Shown in pieces: positions 7,901 through 18,138 of a stretch of 64,000 bases of DNA. The notes under the pieces were generated by a model. The model saw only the letters and a program-made list of their open reading frames with translations, searched no databases and had not been told where the DNA came from. Positions within the stretch are counted from its first letter, which is position 1; each line of letters begins with the position of its first letter. Source of the stretch: Desulfomonilia bacterium (GTDB lineage Bacteria; Desulfobacterota; Desulfomonilia; UBA1062); contig JBEKDT010000011.1 of NCBI GenBank assembly GCA_050014195.1, positions 115,469 to 179,468 on the forward strand. The letters run 5' to 3'. The translations under genes were made by a program, and so were the position numbers.

Positions 7901-9049
7901 TCATGTCAGTTCATTAAGCACTGAACGGGAAATGACCAGACGCTGTATCTCACTGGTGCCCTCGTATATCTCAGTGACTTTGGCATCCCTGAAATATCGC
8001 TCTACATCATATTCTTTGCTATAACCGTATCCCCCATGGATCTGCACCGCCCTGCCGGTCACGGAAGAGCTCACGGTGCTGCTGTAGAGCTTTGCCATGG
8101 CAGCCTCCTTGCCGAATGGTTTCCCGGCGTCCTTCAAGGCGCAAACCCGGTAAACCAGGAGCCGCGCCGCGTCAATCTCGGTGGCCATGTCTGCCAGCAT
8201 GTTCTGAATGGATTGGAATGCTGCAATAGGCTTCCTGAACTGCTGACGCTCCTTGGAATATTTTACCGAGGCCTCAAAGGCGGCCTGGGCGATGCCGACG
8301 GCCTGGGCTGCGATCCCGATGCGGCCCGTGTCAAGGGTAGCGAGAGCTATCTTGATACCGTCTCCGACCTTTCCCAGAAGGTTCTCCTGCGGGACCCGAC
8401 AGTCCTCGAAGAACAGCGAGGATACCGGGTTTGCCCGCATACCGCAGAGGTCTTCAATTTCACCTACCGAATAACCGGCCATGTCACTTTCCAGAATGAA
8501 CACACCGGCGCTGCGTGCAGAATCAGCTGCATTGGTCACGGCAAAGATGAGCGGCAGCGAGCATACACCCCCATTGGTTACGAAGATCTTGGTGCCGTTG
8601 ATGATGTATCCATCCCCCAAGGACACCGCATGGGTCTCAACACCTGATGCATCCGATCCTGCATTCGCCTCGGTCAGGCAAAAGGCACCGATGCATTCGC
8701 CGCTTGCAAGCCTAGGAACAAAGCGCTTCTTCTGTTCATCCGTGCCGAAGCGCAGGATGGGATAGATGCCCACACTGTTGTGAACGGTCACGCACAGCCC
8801 CATAGCGCCGCTGACACGAGAGATCTCTTCAACGACAATGGAATAGCTGATGCTGTCGAGATCTGCACCGCCGTATTCTTTAGGAACTTGCAGTCCGAAG
8901 AAGTTCAGAGGCCGCATCTTCTCCACAACTTCCCAGGGGAAACGGGCATCCCTGTCCATCTCGTGCGCAATGGGTCCGAGCTCCGCCTCGGAAAACTCCC
9001 GGACCGTTTTGCGGACCATCTTATGCTTCATACAGGGATCCAATCTCAC
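7901..9049 (-). CDS. Acyl-CoA dehydrogenase (short-chain/butyryl-CoA type)
   Basis: FCLTEANAGSDA, NGTKIFVTNG, RQQFRKPI, HGGYGY and catalytic IYEGTSEIQ. Probable GTG start at 9049. Confidence 0.92.
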   Translation of the reverse strand: MRLDPCMKHKMVRKTVREFSEAELGPIAHEMDRDARFPWEVVEKMRPLNFFGLQVPKEYGGADLDSISYSIVVEEISRVSGAMGLCVTVHNSVGIYPILRFGTDEQKKRFVPRLASGECIGAFCLTEANAGSDASGVETHAVSLGDGYIINGTKIFVTNGGVCSLPLIFAVTNAADSARSAGVFILESDMAGYSVGEIEDLCGMRANPVSSLFFEDCRVPQENLLGKVGDGIKIALATLDTGRIGIAAQAVGIAQAAFEASVKYSKERQQFRKPIAAFQSIQNMLADMATEIDAARLLVYRVCALKDAGKPFGKEAAMAKLYSSTVSSSVTGRAVQIHGGYGYSKEYDVERYFRDAKVTEIYEGTSEIQRLVISRSVLNELT

Positions 9050-9206
9050 GTAATACTCTCTTATATGTCCGATTCCGCTAGTATTGAGCCGACGGTTTGG
9101 CGCGCACCATAGCCTAAAACAGGTCAAATTTCAAGAGATCAACTGAAAAGCACTCCTCTTGGCCCATAAGGAAATCCGGACTATCTACTTCTAAGAAATA
9201 ATTATA

Positions 9207-10565
9207 TCAACGGGCCTTCCTGACCCGAAGCCCTTGAACGTTCGTACATGCATTGCTGTAGGAAAAAAAGCAATTACGTTTTTCCTTTGCCTTGTACATG
9301 GCACTGTCAGAGTGTTTCAGGAGGGTCTCCGCATCACTTCCGTCATCAGGATAGGTGCTTGCCCCAATGCTGGGCGTCACGAAATCGATCTTAATGCCCT
9401 GGATGATATATGGCTTGGATAAACATTTCAGAATCCTGGAAGCTACCTTATCAAGATTCGGCCTTACAATATCGCCAAGGATGATGGTGAATTCGTCTCC
9501 ACCCAGCCTGCTTATGTAATCCGTATCACGAAGGATCTCATTCAAGCGCGCAGAGACCTGCATAAGCAGCTTATCACCGATCTCGTGACCGTAGACATCA
9601 TTCACCTTCTTGAAGTGATCCAGGTCGATGAACAGAATTGACCGGTAATGTTCATACCGTCTGGCCTCCATGATCACTTCGTCAAGCTTCTCGAGAAAGG
9701 ACTTGCGGTTATGCAGCCCTGTGAGGGGATCGTGATATGCCAGATATGCAAGCTCTTGTTCTGTTTTCTTACGCGCTGAACAATCCCGCACGATGCCGCA
9801 GAAGCCTATAGGATTGCCGTCCCTGTCTTTTTGCAGAGAAACGGATGATTCGACGTACATCGTTGTCCCGTCTTTCTTGATAAGTTCCCAATCAAGTGAT
9901 TTTGTGGGGGTACCTGTGAGAAAGACATTGCTAAATGTTTCAAATACACGCTTTGCATTGGCATCATCCAAATATTTCTTATAGTTGAGCCCGATACATT
10001 CATCGTATGTATACCCGAGCTGATTTGGGATGATATCGTTGAAGAAGGTGAAACTGCCCCCGAGATCGACTTCGAAATATCCGTCCTCGATGGAATCAAG
10101 GATGGATCGGAACCTGATCTCGCTTTCAATAAGGGCCTGTTCCGTTTCCAGTACATCCGTGACATCCCGGGCAATGCCCTGGATTGTCTTGGTTCCGTCG
10201 GGATGCACGGCAAGATGATTCTTGTGCTCTACGATTCGCTTCCGGCCTGTCTTCGCAACAAGCTGGATGAGCCCCTCATCACGGCCGTTTTCAACCACCC
10301 TGCTGATGTATTCGTGAAATTGATCCTGATACTTCTCAGGCAGCATGCTCTTTACATTCAATCCTATCATCTCTTCCCTGTTGTAGCCGAGGAACCCCAC
10401 AAAACGCGGACAAATGCCTAAAAAGACGCCATCGAGATCATGCTCAAAGATAAACTCGTTTACACTGTTGTAGATCTCGCCAAACATGGTAAGATCATCA
10501 CATGACGTCTTTGAGAGTTCGGCGATTTTGTCTGCGAGATCTCTTTGTGTGAGCTTGTTGGCCAA
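9207..10565 (-). CDS. PAS-PAS diguanylate cyclase
   Basis: Two PAS/PAC segments, HDPLTGL, DLDHFKKVNDVYGH, and an RxxD I-site (RDTD) five residues before an intact GGDEF. Confidence 0.92.
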   Translation of the reverse strand: MANKLTQRDLADKIAELSKTSCDDLTMFGEIYNSVNEFIFEHDLDGVFLGICPRFVGFLGYNREEMIGLNVKSMLPEKYQDQFHEYISRVVENGRDEGLIQLVAKTGRKRIVEHKNHLAVHPDGTKTIQGIARDVTDVLETEQALIESEIRFRSILDSIEDGYFEVDLGGSFTFFNDIIPNQLGYTYDECIGLNYKKYLDDANAKRVFETFSNVFLTGTPTKSLDWELIKKDGTTMYVESSVSLQKDRDGNPIGFCGIVRDCSARKKTEQELAYLAYHDPLTGLHNRKSFLEKLDEVIMEARRYEHYRSILFIDLDHFKKVNDVYGHEIGDKLLMQVSARLNEILRDTDYISRLGGDEFTIILGDIVRPNLDKVASRILKCLSKPYIIQGIKIDFVTPSIGASTYPDDGSDAETLLKHSDSAMYKAKEKRNCFFSYSNACTNVQGLRVRKAR

Positions 10566-11110
10566 TTTTACATCACCCCGGGGTCAAGACATCGACTACA
10601 GCGCAAGAGATTACCCATGCTTAGTGCACTATCCAACTCATCCTGGGACATGTCCCCATGCAGATTGAAACTGAAAGGGAGGATGTCCGGAATACGGAGA
10701 TTCTGATACACTGCCTCTAATGCACCCATCAGATTGGGCAGTGTTACATGATCCACAAAGGCCTCCATAATAATTCATACATAGTAATTGATCTTCATAT
10801 CGGGGAAAATCCATTAAAACATTAAAATTTACAGAAATTGCCTCTGCTGCGCAAAGACCAGTGATTTCAACATACAACATTAAATACAGAAATTCGTTGT
10901 AATTATTTGTTATTATTGATTATAAAACAGATAAAACAAAGACCCTCGTCCCTTGACTTAGCCCTTATGGTTCTTATCATATAGGACAAGCCTTGGGATG
11001 TCATTTCAAAGGGATTATTCCCATAGACCCTCGCTTGAAATGTGCCCGAGGCTTTTTTATATGGCTCTAAAAACCAGGTTATGAGAGAATTATTTACCTC
11101 ATTTTCAGAA

Positions 11111-11848
11111 TCAGACAATAAGCCCGGTCTGACCTACCACGCTCATGTACAGGACACTCTCACTGATACCGTCAAGGCCAAGGATCTCATTCACCTCATC
11201 ATCAAAGAGCGCCCCCACCTGGCAGCTTCCAAGACCGATACTCGTGGCGGCAAGTGCGAGGTTCTGGGCCATATGCCCCACATCCAGATACACATACCGG
11301 TATGCACGTTGCTTGTATTTCCACTTGGACCTGTTGAATACTGCGGTCCAAATGATCACGATTGCAGCCTGGGCACACATGAGCTGTCCCAGCGCCGCCT
11401 GGGCAATGTGGGGCCGGAAATCACCTTTTTTCATCTCCTCCACGGCATGGTGTCTGACATTATAATGGTATACTCCCTGATCAAGACCTTCCACCCTGTG
11501 AACAACGATATAGGTCTCGATGGGGTACAATCCTCCTGCAGAAGGTGCCGTACGGAATTCGAAGCCCATTTCCTTGCGCTGTATGCCGCTTGATGCCCAT
11601 AGGAGGGCTGAAACGATATCCGGGCCGATGGGCACCTCAACGAAGCGGCGAAGACTCTTCCTTCTTAAGATCGCCTCATACAGACTCATGTCTCCACACT
11701 TTTGGGGTTTCTCAAGCACAACCTTTTTCGCATCAAGATATTCCTTGTATGGATCGGGTTTTCTGTTCCAATCAATTGTACATTCAGGCATTCGCCAACG
11801 ATCATACTTGGTTTCCTGCTGAAATCTCTCACCGATCACTTTTCCCAT
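11111..11848 (-). CDS. SagB/ThcOx-family nitroreductase-like dehydrogenase
   Basis: RRKSLRRF, RTAPSAGGLYPIE and YRYVYLDVGHMAQNLALAA motifs. Confidence 0.9.
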   Translation of the reverse strand: MGKVIGERFQQETKYDRWRMPECTIDWNRKPDPYKEYLDAKKVVLEKPQKCGDMSLYEAILRRKSLRRFVEVPIGPDIVSALLWASSGIQRKEMGFEFRTAPSAGGLYPIETYIVVHRVEGLDQGVYHYNVRHHAVEEMKKGDFRPHIAQAALGQLMCAQAAIVIIWTAVFNRSKWKYKQRAYRYVYLDVGHMAQNLALAATSIGLGSCQVGALFDDEVNEILGLDGISESVLYMSVVGQTGLIV

Positions 11849-12026
11849 GATACCTTTACCTCCCTATGAAAACATTGCGGTTAAGGATTTGGCTGATGCA
11901 CCTTTGTTCATGAAGTATTACCTCATAATTTAAGTGCCTGAGAGGAAAAGTCAAAAAGTACCGCGAAGGACGCTGGAGATTTCTCCTAAAATTGTGTTGA
12001 ACAATGCACCGGGAGAGGTTAATGGA

Positions 12027-12344
12027 TTACCCCTCCCGTCCGGATTTATAACCCTTGTTATAACGGGCATCAAGGATCTTCTTGGTGGTAGCGTTCTTTT
12101 TCTTGAGGATCTTGGAACCCCTGGTGATCTTGCATAGGCTGATCCTGTACCGTGAAGCTATGCTCCTTTGGGTATGGCCCTCATGAAGCTCCTTGAGGAG
12201 TTGCCATCTCAAGATAAGATCACGAAGCTCTTTCGGGGTAAAGATTTCCTCAAAGAATGTAATCATCTCACGGTAATCCGTGATTTCGGCAAATATCTTC
12301 TCAAGTTCATGCTCCGGGTCCGTACGAGGCCTGTTTGTCGACAT
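12027..12344 (-). CDS. Trp-repressor (TrpR/YerC) family HTH regulator
   Basis: FTPKELRDLILRWQLLKELHEGHTQRSIASRYRISLCKITRGSKIL matches the TrpR fold. Likely ATG at 12344. Confidence 0.82.
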   Translation of the reverse strand: MSTNRPRTDPEHELEKIFAEITDYREMITFFEEIFTPKELRDLILRWQLLKELHEGHTQRSIASRYRISLCKITRGSKILKKKNATTKKILDARYNKGYKSGREG

Positions 12345-12468
12345 GGTAAAGACGTAACCGAAAGGTAGCGGTGCTGTCAAAGATTTTTTATCATAGAGAA
12401 CAACACTTGAGAGGGCCGGCAACTCTGGTATAGTGGATTCATAGAATAATACGATCAAGGACATTCAT

Positions 12469-13224
12469 ATGAGACTGATCTCATGGAACGTAAATGGTTT
12501 AAGGGCGGCCCTCAAAAACAACTTTCTGGAACGTGTTGGAACCATGAACCCGGACATCCTCTGCCTTCAGGAAACACGCGTATCTCAGCATGAGATCAAT
12601 GTTCCCCTTGACGGCTATCACCAGTACTTCAGCAGTGCAAAGAAGAGGGGATACTCCGGCGTGGCCGTTTTCAGCAGGACCATGCCCGAATCCGTATCCT
12701 ATGGGTTAGGCATGGACGAGCATGACAACGAAGGCCGCATTATCACCCTTGATTTAAAGGATTATTATCTTGTAAACGTCTACACGCCGAATGCCCGGCA
12801 TGAACTTGTACGCCTTGATTACCGGCAGAAATGGGATGCGGATTTCCTGTCTTTTCTAAAAAAACTCGAACAAAAAAAGCCCGTGATATTCTGCGGCGAC
12901 CTCAATGTGGCTCATAAGGCGATTGACCTCAAGAACCCGAAGTCCAATGAGCGCAATCCCGGCTTCACCGTCGAGGAGAGGAGCGGATTCGACAGGTATA
13001 TTGAAGGCGGCTTCATAGATACCTTCCGCGAATTCAACAAGGAGCCGGGCCAGTACACCTGGTGGACATATCGGTTTCATGCGAGGGCCAAGAACATCGG
13101 GTGGCGCATAGACTACTTCTGCATCTCCACGGCGCTTAAGTCCAGACTCAAGGATGCCTTTATCCTCAAGGATGTCATGGGCTCCGACCATTGCCCGGTG
13201 GGGATTATCTTGGGAGAAAAATAA
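12469..13224 (+). CDS. xth: Exodeoxyribonuclease III / AP endonuclease
   Basis: SWNVNGLRA, LCLQET, GYSGVA, CGDLNVAH, GWRIDYF and GSDHCP motifs. Confidence 0.95.
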   Translation: MRLISWNVNGLRAALKNNFLERVGTMNPDILCLQETRVSQHEINVPLDGYHQYFSSAKKRGYSGVAVFSRTMPESVSYGLGMDEHDNEGRIITLDLKDYYLVNVYTPNARHELVRLDYRQKWDADFLSFLKKLEQKKPVIFCGDLNVAHKAIDLKNPKSNERNPGFTVEERSGFDRYIEGGFIDTFREFNKEPGQYTWWTYRFHARAKNIGWRIDYFCISTALKSRLKDAFILKDVMGSDHCPVGIILGEK

Positions 13225-13247
13225 ATCAATCCTTCTTTTGTGAATTT

Positions 13248-13691
13248 TTACAGGGGGTCCTCTGCCTCGGTTACCTCACCGCACCAGGAGAGAATCTTAT
13301 CTCGGATAGAATCCCTTATCCGCCTTACTCCTTCGAGAATCTCATCTTCCGTGCCTGTTATTTTTGACGGGTCGGGGAAGCTCCAATGGAGCTGCTTTAT
13401 GAGCCCGAGAAACACAGGGCATTGTTCGGCACTTGCCTGGTCGCATACGGTGACGATGTAGGAGAACATCTCGCCCGATTTATAGACATCGAAAACGCTC
13501 CTGGGTATCTTGCCTGAAATATCGATATCAGATTCCTGCATTACCTTGACTACCTGTGGATTGACCGCCCTGGCCGGGGTAATGCCTGCGCTCTCCGCCA
13601 AGAACCTTTCGTTGCAGAGGTGGTTCAGCCAGGCTTCTGCCATCTGGCTCCGTCCGCTGTTGTGGACACAGACAAAGAGAACTTTTCTCAT
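13248..13691 (-). CDS. arsC: Thioredoxin-coupled arsenate reductase (LMW-PTP fold)
   Basis: CVHNSGRSQMAE P-loop, TVCD...CP resolving cysteines and HWSFPDP. Confidence 0.88.
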   Translation of the reverse strand: MRKVLFVCVHNSGRSQMAEAWLNHLCNERFLAESAGITPARAVNPQVVKVMQESDIDISGKIPRSVFDVYKSGEMFSYIVTVCDQASAEQCPVFLGLIKQLHWSFPDPSKITGTEDEILEGVRRIRDSIRDKILSWCGEVTEAEDPL

Positions 13692-13718
13692 CTGTTACAC
13701 TACCTTATCATCAACTCT

Positions 13719-14471
13719 CTACCAGCTGAATTTCTCCCGCTCTACGGAAGCCGGCTCCACACCCACCTTCTGAAGGTCGTTCAGGGCGGATTCCATCATG
13801 GGGGGCGGCCCACACAGATAAACAGAAGCATCCTTTGTGACTCCATGCCTCTTGAGGATATCTTCGGTTAAGCGCCCCTTCTCGTAGACCACATGGGGAT
13901 ACTGTTGCTGAACATACCTGGCCACATCCTCATCACGGCTCAGGCAGTGAACAACTTTGAGGTTGAGATTTTGGCTCATCTGCTTGATCTCTTCCGAACA
14001 GAAGACGTCTTCTATTGTTTTGTTCGCCCAGAAGAGTGATACGGAATTACCTGCCTTGATATTTTTGAAATGCCTCAGCACGCTCAAGAAAGGAGTAATA
14101 CCCACACCACCGGCGATCATGACGATTACAGGCTTTGCATCGATATCCCTGCAGAATACCCCCAACGGACCCATGCACTTCACGAAAGCCCCCGGCTGCA
14201 GTTCAGGAATGGCCGAAGTGAATTTGCCCTCCTTCTTAATAGTCAGTCGGAGCAGGGTATCTTCCGGAGCGCCGGAGATCGTAAACGGATGCGGCTCACT
14301 CCAGCCGTCAGGCCTCATGATCCTGATAGAGACATACTGACCTGCCTTTCTGCCTATAAATCCATGGTCGTCTCCTTCGAGGTAAAGGGAGTTGGTGTCA
14401 TGGTTTTCAGGCACCACTTTGATGACTTTCCAGATGTTTTTCCGGTCCTGATCTGCTAGAGTTGTAACCAT
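13719..14471 (-). CDS. FNR-like FAD/NAD(P)-binding oxidoreductase
   Basis: GQYV, HPFTIS, GKFTS, IAGGVGITPF, YLCGPPPMM and terminal EKFSW. Confidence 0.88.
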   Translation of the reverse strand: MVTTLADQDRKNIWKVIKVVPENHDTNSLYLEGDDHGFIGRKAGQYVSIRIMRPDGWSEPHPFTISGAPEDTLLRLTIKKEGKFTSAIPELQPGAFVKCMGPLGVFCRDIDAKPVIVMIAGGVGITPFLSVLRHFKNIKAGNSVSLFWANKTIEDVFCSEEIKQMSQNLNLKVVHCLSRDEDVARYVQQQYPHVVYEKGRLTEDILKRHGVTKDASVYLCGPPPMMESALNDLQKVGVEPASVEREKFSW

Positions 14472-14632
14472 CCCATGCCCTCCTCACAAGATCTTGACAA
14501 TGTCCTTATACGGTTTTTCGTAAATGTCTAAGGCATCATATACGTCTTACTATAGTCATATCGTGTTTGTTACGCAACGACGAGCTGATACCAGGTTACA
14601 TTAATGGCATAAGAAGGATTGAAGAAAGATCC

Positions 14633-15514
14633 TCAGGCTGCAGGTGCGGCATCGCCCCTGCCCAGGATCTCCTGTATCTTCTCCTCGATGACCTCAAGGG
14701 AGACCGGCTTATAGAGATATTCGAGACCTTCCTGTTCAAAAAACTTCTTGTATTCAGGGGAAAGATCGCCGGTGAAAAAGATAAATCGCCTTGTGATAGT
14801 CTGATCGCGCTTGAGGGCCTCCCGATAGACCTCTATGCCGCTGAGTTCGGGCAAGGTTATGTCTGAGACAATAACATCATAATACTGACTTGTAAGCTTC
14901 CGGAGGGCCTCATTACCGTCCATGGCGGAATCCACGCCATACCTTTTCCGCAAGAAAGAATAGAACAGCTTCAAAAGGGCCGGATCATCATCAATAATAA
15001 GCACACGTTCATCCCATACATGTCTTATCTCCTTTAACCGGTTGAGGATCTGGCCCATACCGGGTCTTTCCTCAAGACACTTCTCAATTTTGCGCTTATG
15101 GGCCTCAAGGAGGGCAGCCGTGTGCTGAAATTCAAGGCTTAAGTCTTTCATGGTGTCGATGATATAAATAAACATATCGTTCCACTCAGAATATTCGATG
15201 TCAACAAGGATATTGAACAATGCTGCTTCATTAAGTGTTCCATGGGACAGGCGCTCGCGAAATTTGAGGACATGGGCCTCCAATTGCTCCTGAGTTTTTC
15301 TGCTGATCAGGATATCTAGATGGAAGCCTTCGAGTCTGTCACTGATCATATCGTCGATTCGGTTCATCATGTCGTAGTGGCTGATCTCGTCCTGCTCCAG
15401 GTCCTTCAAAAATGAGCTCAGGGCCGGATCAGAGTCGAAGTACGCGGCTGCATCTGCATAGAGGTTCCCGGCCGTGCACTCAAAATCGGCCAGATACCTG
15501 ATAAGATCTCTCAT
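14633..15514 (-). CDS. Ferritin/rubrerythrin-like domain fused to a receiver domain
   Basis: N-terminal FECTAGNLY...EQDEISH and second-half IEYSE...LEAH; C-terminal VLIIDDD, VSDITLPELSG, FTG and YKP. Confidence 0.75.
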   Translation of the reverse strand: MRDLIRYLADFECTAGNLYADAAAYFDSDPALSSFLKDLEQDEISHYDMMNRIDDMISDRLEGFHLDILISRKTQEQLEAHVLKFRERLSHGTLNEAALFNILVDIEYSEWNDMFIYIIDTMKDLSLEFQHTAALLEAHKRKIEKCLEERPGMGQILNRLKEIRHVWDERVLIIDDDPALLKLFYSFLRKRYGVDSAMDGNEALRKLTSQYYDVIVSDITLPELSGIEVYREALKRDQTITRRFIFFTGDLSPEYKKFFEQEGLEYLYKPVSLEVIEEKIQEILGRGDAAPAA

Positions 15515-15735
15515 ATCTATAACCCCATTCAGTACGTAATATACTGTCTTTTATAAGAAAGGTAAGGGGGGGATGATAGAAAAACGTAAAACCGGAAGTC
15601 TTAGACTCAATAGTCAGCGAAAAAACGGCTATACGAATACTGATCTCGTAATGAAGGCCATTCCTCAGGCAATGGCCGACTGCATGGCGCCCACGAAATG
15701 AAACTTAAATCTTAGAAAATAACTGCGATGACGCC

Positions 15736-16260
15736 TTATGCCCCATCCAGCCCATGATGCTCCACCTCCCTGAACCATGCCTGAGGATCTTTCAGATACT
15801 CCTCAATGTTCTTGAGGTGAATAAAATTCTCCTGCTCGGAGAGTGCTATTTCCTTGAGCATCTCCTTGCCTACAGGATCTTTGAGGGCCTCATACGACCT
15901 GGACAAAAATCGAGTGGTCTTCCTGACAAACCTGGCTGCAATATCAATGGCCGTCAGATCATCGAAATCTGCCAGGGCCTTGCCCATGCTCCCGGAGATC
16001 TTCTCTTCATAGTCGTCATGATCACCGAGGGAGACTTCTACCACCCGGGCCTGATCAGCAGTTTTCCCCTTACTGGAAAGCTGCTTATGAAGTTCCTTCA
16101 AATTCTGGTAGTGTAACGTGCCTTTGTCGGCATAATCTCTGAACACTGCCTTCCCAAGCGGGCTTTTGATGCGTTCGGACAAGCGCTTGAAGAATGCTAC
16201 CTCGCGCCGTTCGCTCTCAAGCGCTTCTTCGATAATAGTGAGGGTATCTGCGCTGTGCAT
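15736..16260 (-). CDS. Ferritin-like/rubrerythrin-family protein, metal ligands partly degenerate
   Basis: ALESERREVAFF...LHYQNL; EIALSEQENF...DPQAWFREVEHHGLDG C-terminus. Confidence 0.7.
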   Translation of the reverse strand: MHSADTLTIIEEALESERREVAFFKRLSERIKSPLGKAVFRDYADKGTLHYQNLKELHKQLSSKGKTADQARVVEVSLGDHDDYEEKISGSMGKALADFDDLTAIDIAARFVRKTTRFLSRSYEALKDPVGKEMLKEIALSEQENFIHLKNIEEYLKDPQAWFREVEHHGLDGA

Positions 16261-16435
16261 GTGAAAACCTTCCTTTCAACAAAAAATCATCAATTCAACC
16301 AAAAGATATATTATCAAAATTACGAGACAAAATAAAGGACTTTTTCTCATATGGATATATCCTGTATTCCATATGGCGTAAGTATACGGCAATAGATCAA
16401 AAAATGTTCTATATCAGCCTTAGGTGGCTCAACCC

Positions 16436-16882
16436 TTATCGATATCTCGGCAAGTCCTTGGTTTCCTCATAATACACCTCCAGCCCGACATGCCTCATCC
16501 TCGTGTTCATCTCAATCCACCTGCGCTTGAGGTCAGGGTCGAAGGTGGTCCTGTCACAGGGGAATTCGTCACATTGGAAACAGAAGTCCTTTTCCTTTCC
16601 CCGGGAGCATTTCAGAACAATGCACCCAGGGTATCCGCATGCCCCGCTGCGGCAGCCCGAGCAATCCGACCTGGAGAAATGTTCCAGGAGCTCTTTGAAT
16701 TGCGGATAGCCTTTAAAGACCGGTTTGAAAGATGAAAACCGGTCTGCATAGCTCTCAAAGGAGCCGAGTAGTTCCATGAGCCTCTTACTTGTTTCCTTGA
16801 TCTCTCCTCCCTTATAAGACAAGCACTTCATGCAATTCAGACCGCATGGTGCGAGTATCTTCAGGATTTTGTCATATTCCAC
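16436..16882 (-). CDS. DUF3795-type Cys-rich protein
   Basis: APCGLNCMKC, CSGCR and FCFQCDEFPC motifs. Confidence 0.8.
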   Translation of the reverse strand: MEYDKILKILAPCGLNCMKCLSYKGGEIKETSKRLMELLGSFESYADRFSSFKPVFKGYPQFKELLEHFSRSDCSGCRSGACGYPGCIVLKCSRGKEKDFCFQCDEFPCDRTTFDPDLKRRWIEMNTRMRHVGLEVYYEETKDLPRYR

Positions 16883-16914
16883 GGCAGTGTCCCCCTTATG
16901 GTAAGATTTTGATA

Positions 16915-17943
16915 TCAGCTGATTCGGAGCACCTTGGCTCCACGGATTTTGCGCTGCTTGAGCTCCAAGAGGGCCGTATTCGCCTCTTCAAGCGGGTACT
17001 CCCGGACTTCCGGCCTGATGGGGATCTCTGAGGCAAGCCTTAGGAAGTCGCTGATATCGGCCCTTGTAACATTCGCCACACTCTTGATCTCTTTCTCCAT
17101 CCAGAGATGAAAGGGATAGTCGAGCCTCAGCAGGTAATCTTTGTCCATGTCCTCCTTGCGGATGGCATTGATCACGAGCCTTCCCCCGGGCTCAAGGTTG
17201 TGAAGCCCCTCCACAATGGGCTTCCACACAGGTGTGGTGTCAATGATGCTGTGGAGCTTCTCGGGCGGCCTGTCTTCGGTATCCCCCACCCAGGAGGCAC
17301 CCAGCTCTTGTGCAAACTCCCGCTCTGATGCGCTCCTGGCGAATACAAACACCTTCGATTCGGGATACTGATGTTTCACCATCATGAGCACCAGATGGGC
17401 CGATGCCCCGAACCCGGTGAGCCCGAGGTTCTGTCCGTCTTTCAGCCCTGTGAGCCTGAGAGAGCGATATCCGATGGCGCCTGCACAGAGAAGCGGGGCA
17501 GCCTCAGCATCGGTGAAGACACCGGGTATGGGATGAGCATAGCCTTCCGTCACGGTCATGAACTGGGCATACCCGCCGTTCACATCGCGGCCTGTTGCAC
17601 GAAACTTACTGCAGAGGTTCTCCTGACCGCTCAGACAGAACGGGCAGACTCCGCAGGCGGAAAAGATCCACCCCACCCCTACCCGCTCTCCACCATAAAA
17701 CCGCTTAACACCTTCACCAAGGCCGACGATTTCACCGACCACCTGATGGCCAAGCACTATAGGCAGATGTGGGGGCGGGGTTCGGCCCTCGATTTCATCG
17801 AGCTCGGTGTGGCAGACACCGCAGACCTTGACTCTGATAAGGATCTCTCCTTTCCCCGGGACAGGGTCCGGGAGGATGGCCTGTTCGAGGGGTTCATTTG
17901 TTTCTGATAGACTCCGGATCCTCTTCAGGACATAGGCATTCAC
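16915..17943 (-). CDS. Zinc-dependent alcohol dehydrogenase family protein
   Basis: CGVCHTELD, GHQVVG, CGVCPFC...NLC and APLLCAGAIGYR. GTG start after a GGAGG RBS. Confidence 0.92.
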   Translation of the reverse strand: MNAYVLKRIRSLSETNEPLEQAILPDPVPGKGEILIRVKVCGVCHTELDEIEGRTPPPHLPIVLGHQVVGEIVGLGEGVKRFYGGERVGVGWIFSACGVCPFCLSGQENLCSKFRATGRDVNGGYAQFMTVTEGYAHPIPGVFTDAEAAPLLCAGAIGYRSLRLTGLKDGQNLGLTGFGASAHLVLMMVKHQYPESKVFVFARSASEREFAQELGASWVGDTEDRPPEKLHSIIDTTPVWKPIVEGLHNLEPGGRLVINAIRKEDMDKDYLLRLDYPFHLWMEKEIKSVANVTRADISDFLRLASEIPIRPEVREYPLEEANTALLELKQRKIRGAKVLRIS

Positions 17944-18138
17944 TGTTCCACCTCCCATCAAGGGGATACTCATCACATCATAGACCATAGTTGGCATTGA
18001 TGTTCAAGTGCGACATTACCCCTATGCACGTGCCGTTGACTTCTCTTGGTACTTCACGGTAAAGTGTTTTTAGAGATAGTTGTTGATAGTGGCAGGCATA
18101 CCGATGCCGCGAGTGTTTCTTATGGAAGGAGGAATTAC

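Noticed and set aside
10566-11110. Small ORFs in the spacer upstream of the diguanylate cyclase
   Set aside because: They overlap each other, lack RBS or motifs, and sit in AT-rich promoter-like sequence; no c-di-GMP riboswitch consensus was seen.
11111-11848. SagB-type dehydrogenase as a sign of a RiPP (azole) cluster
   Set aside because: There is no YcaO, precursor peptide or transporter nearby, and stand-alone members of this family are common.
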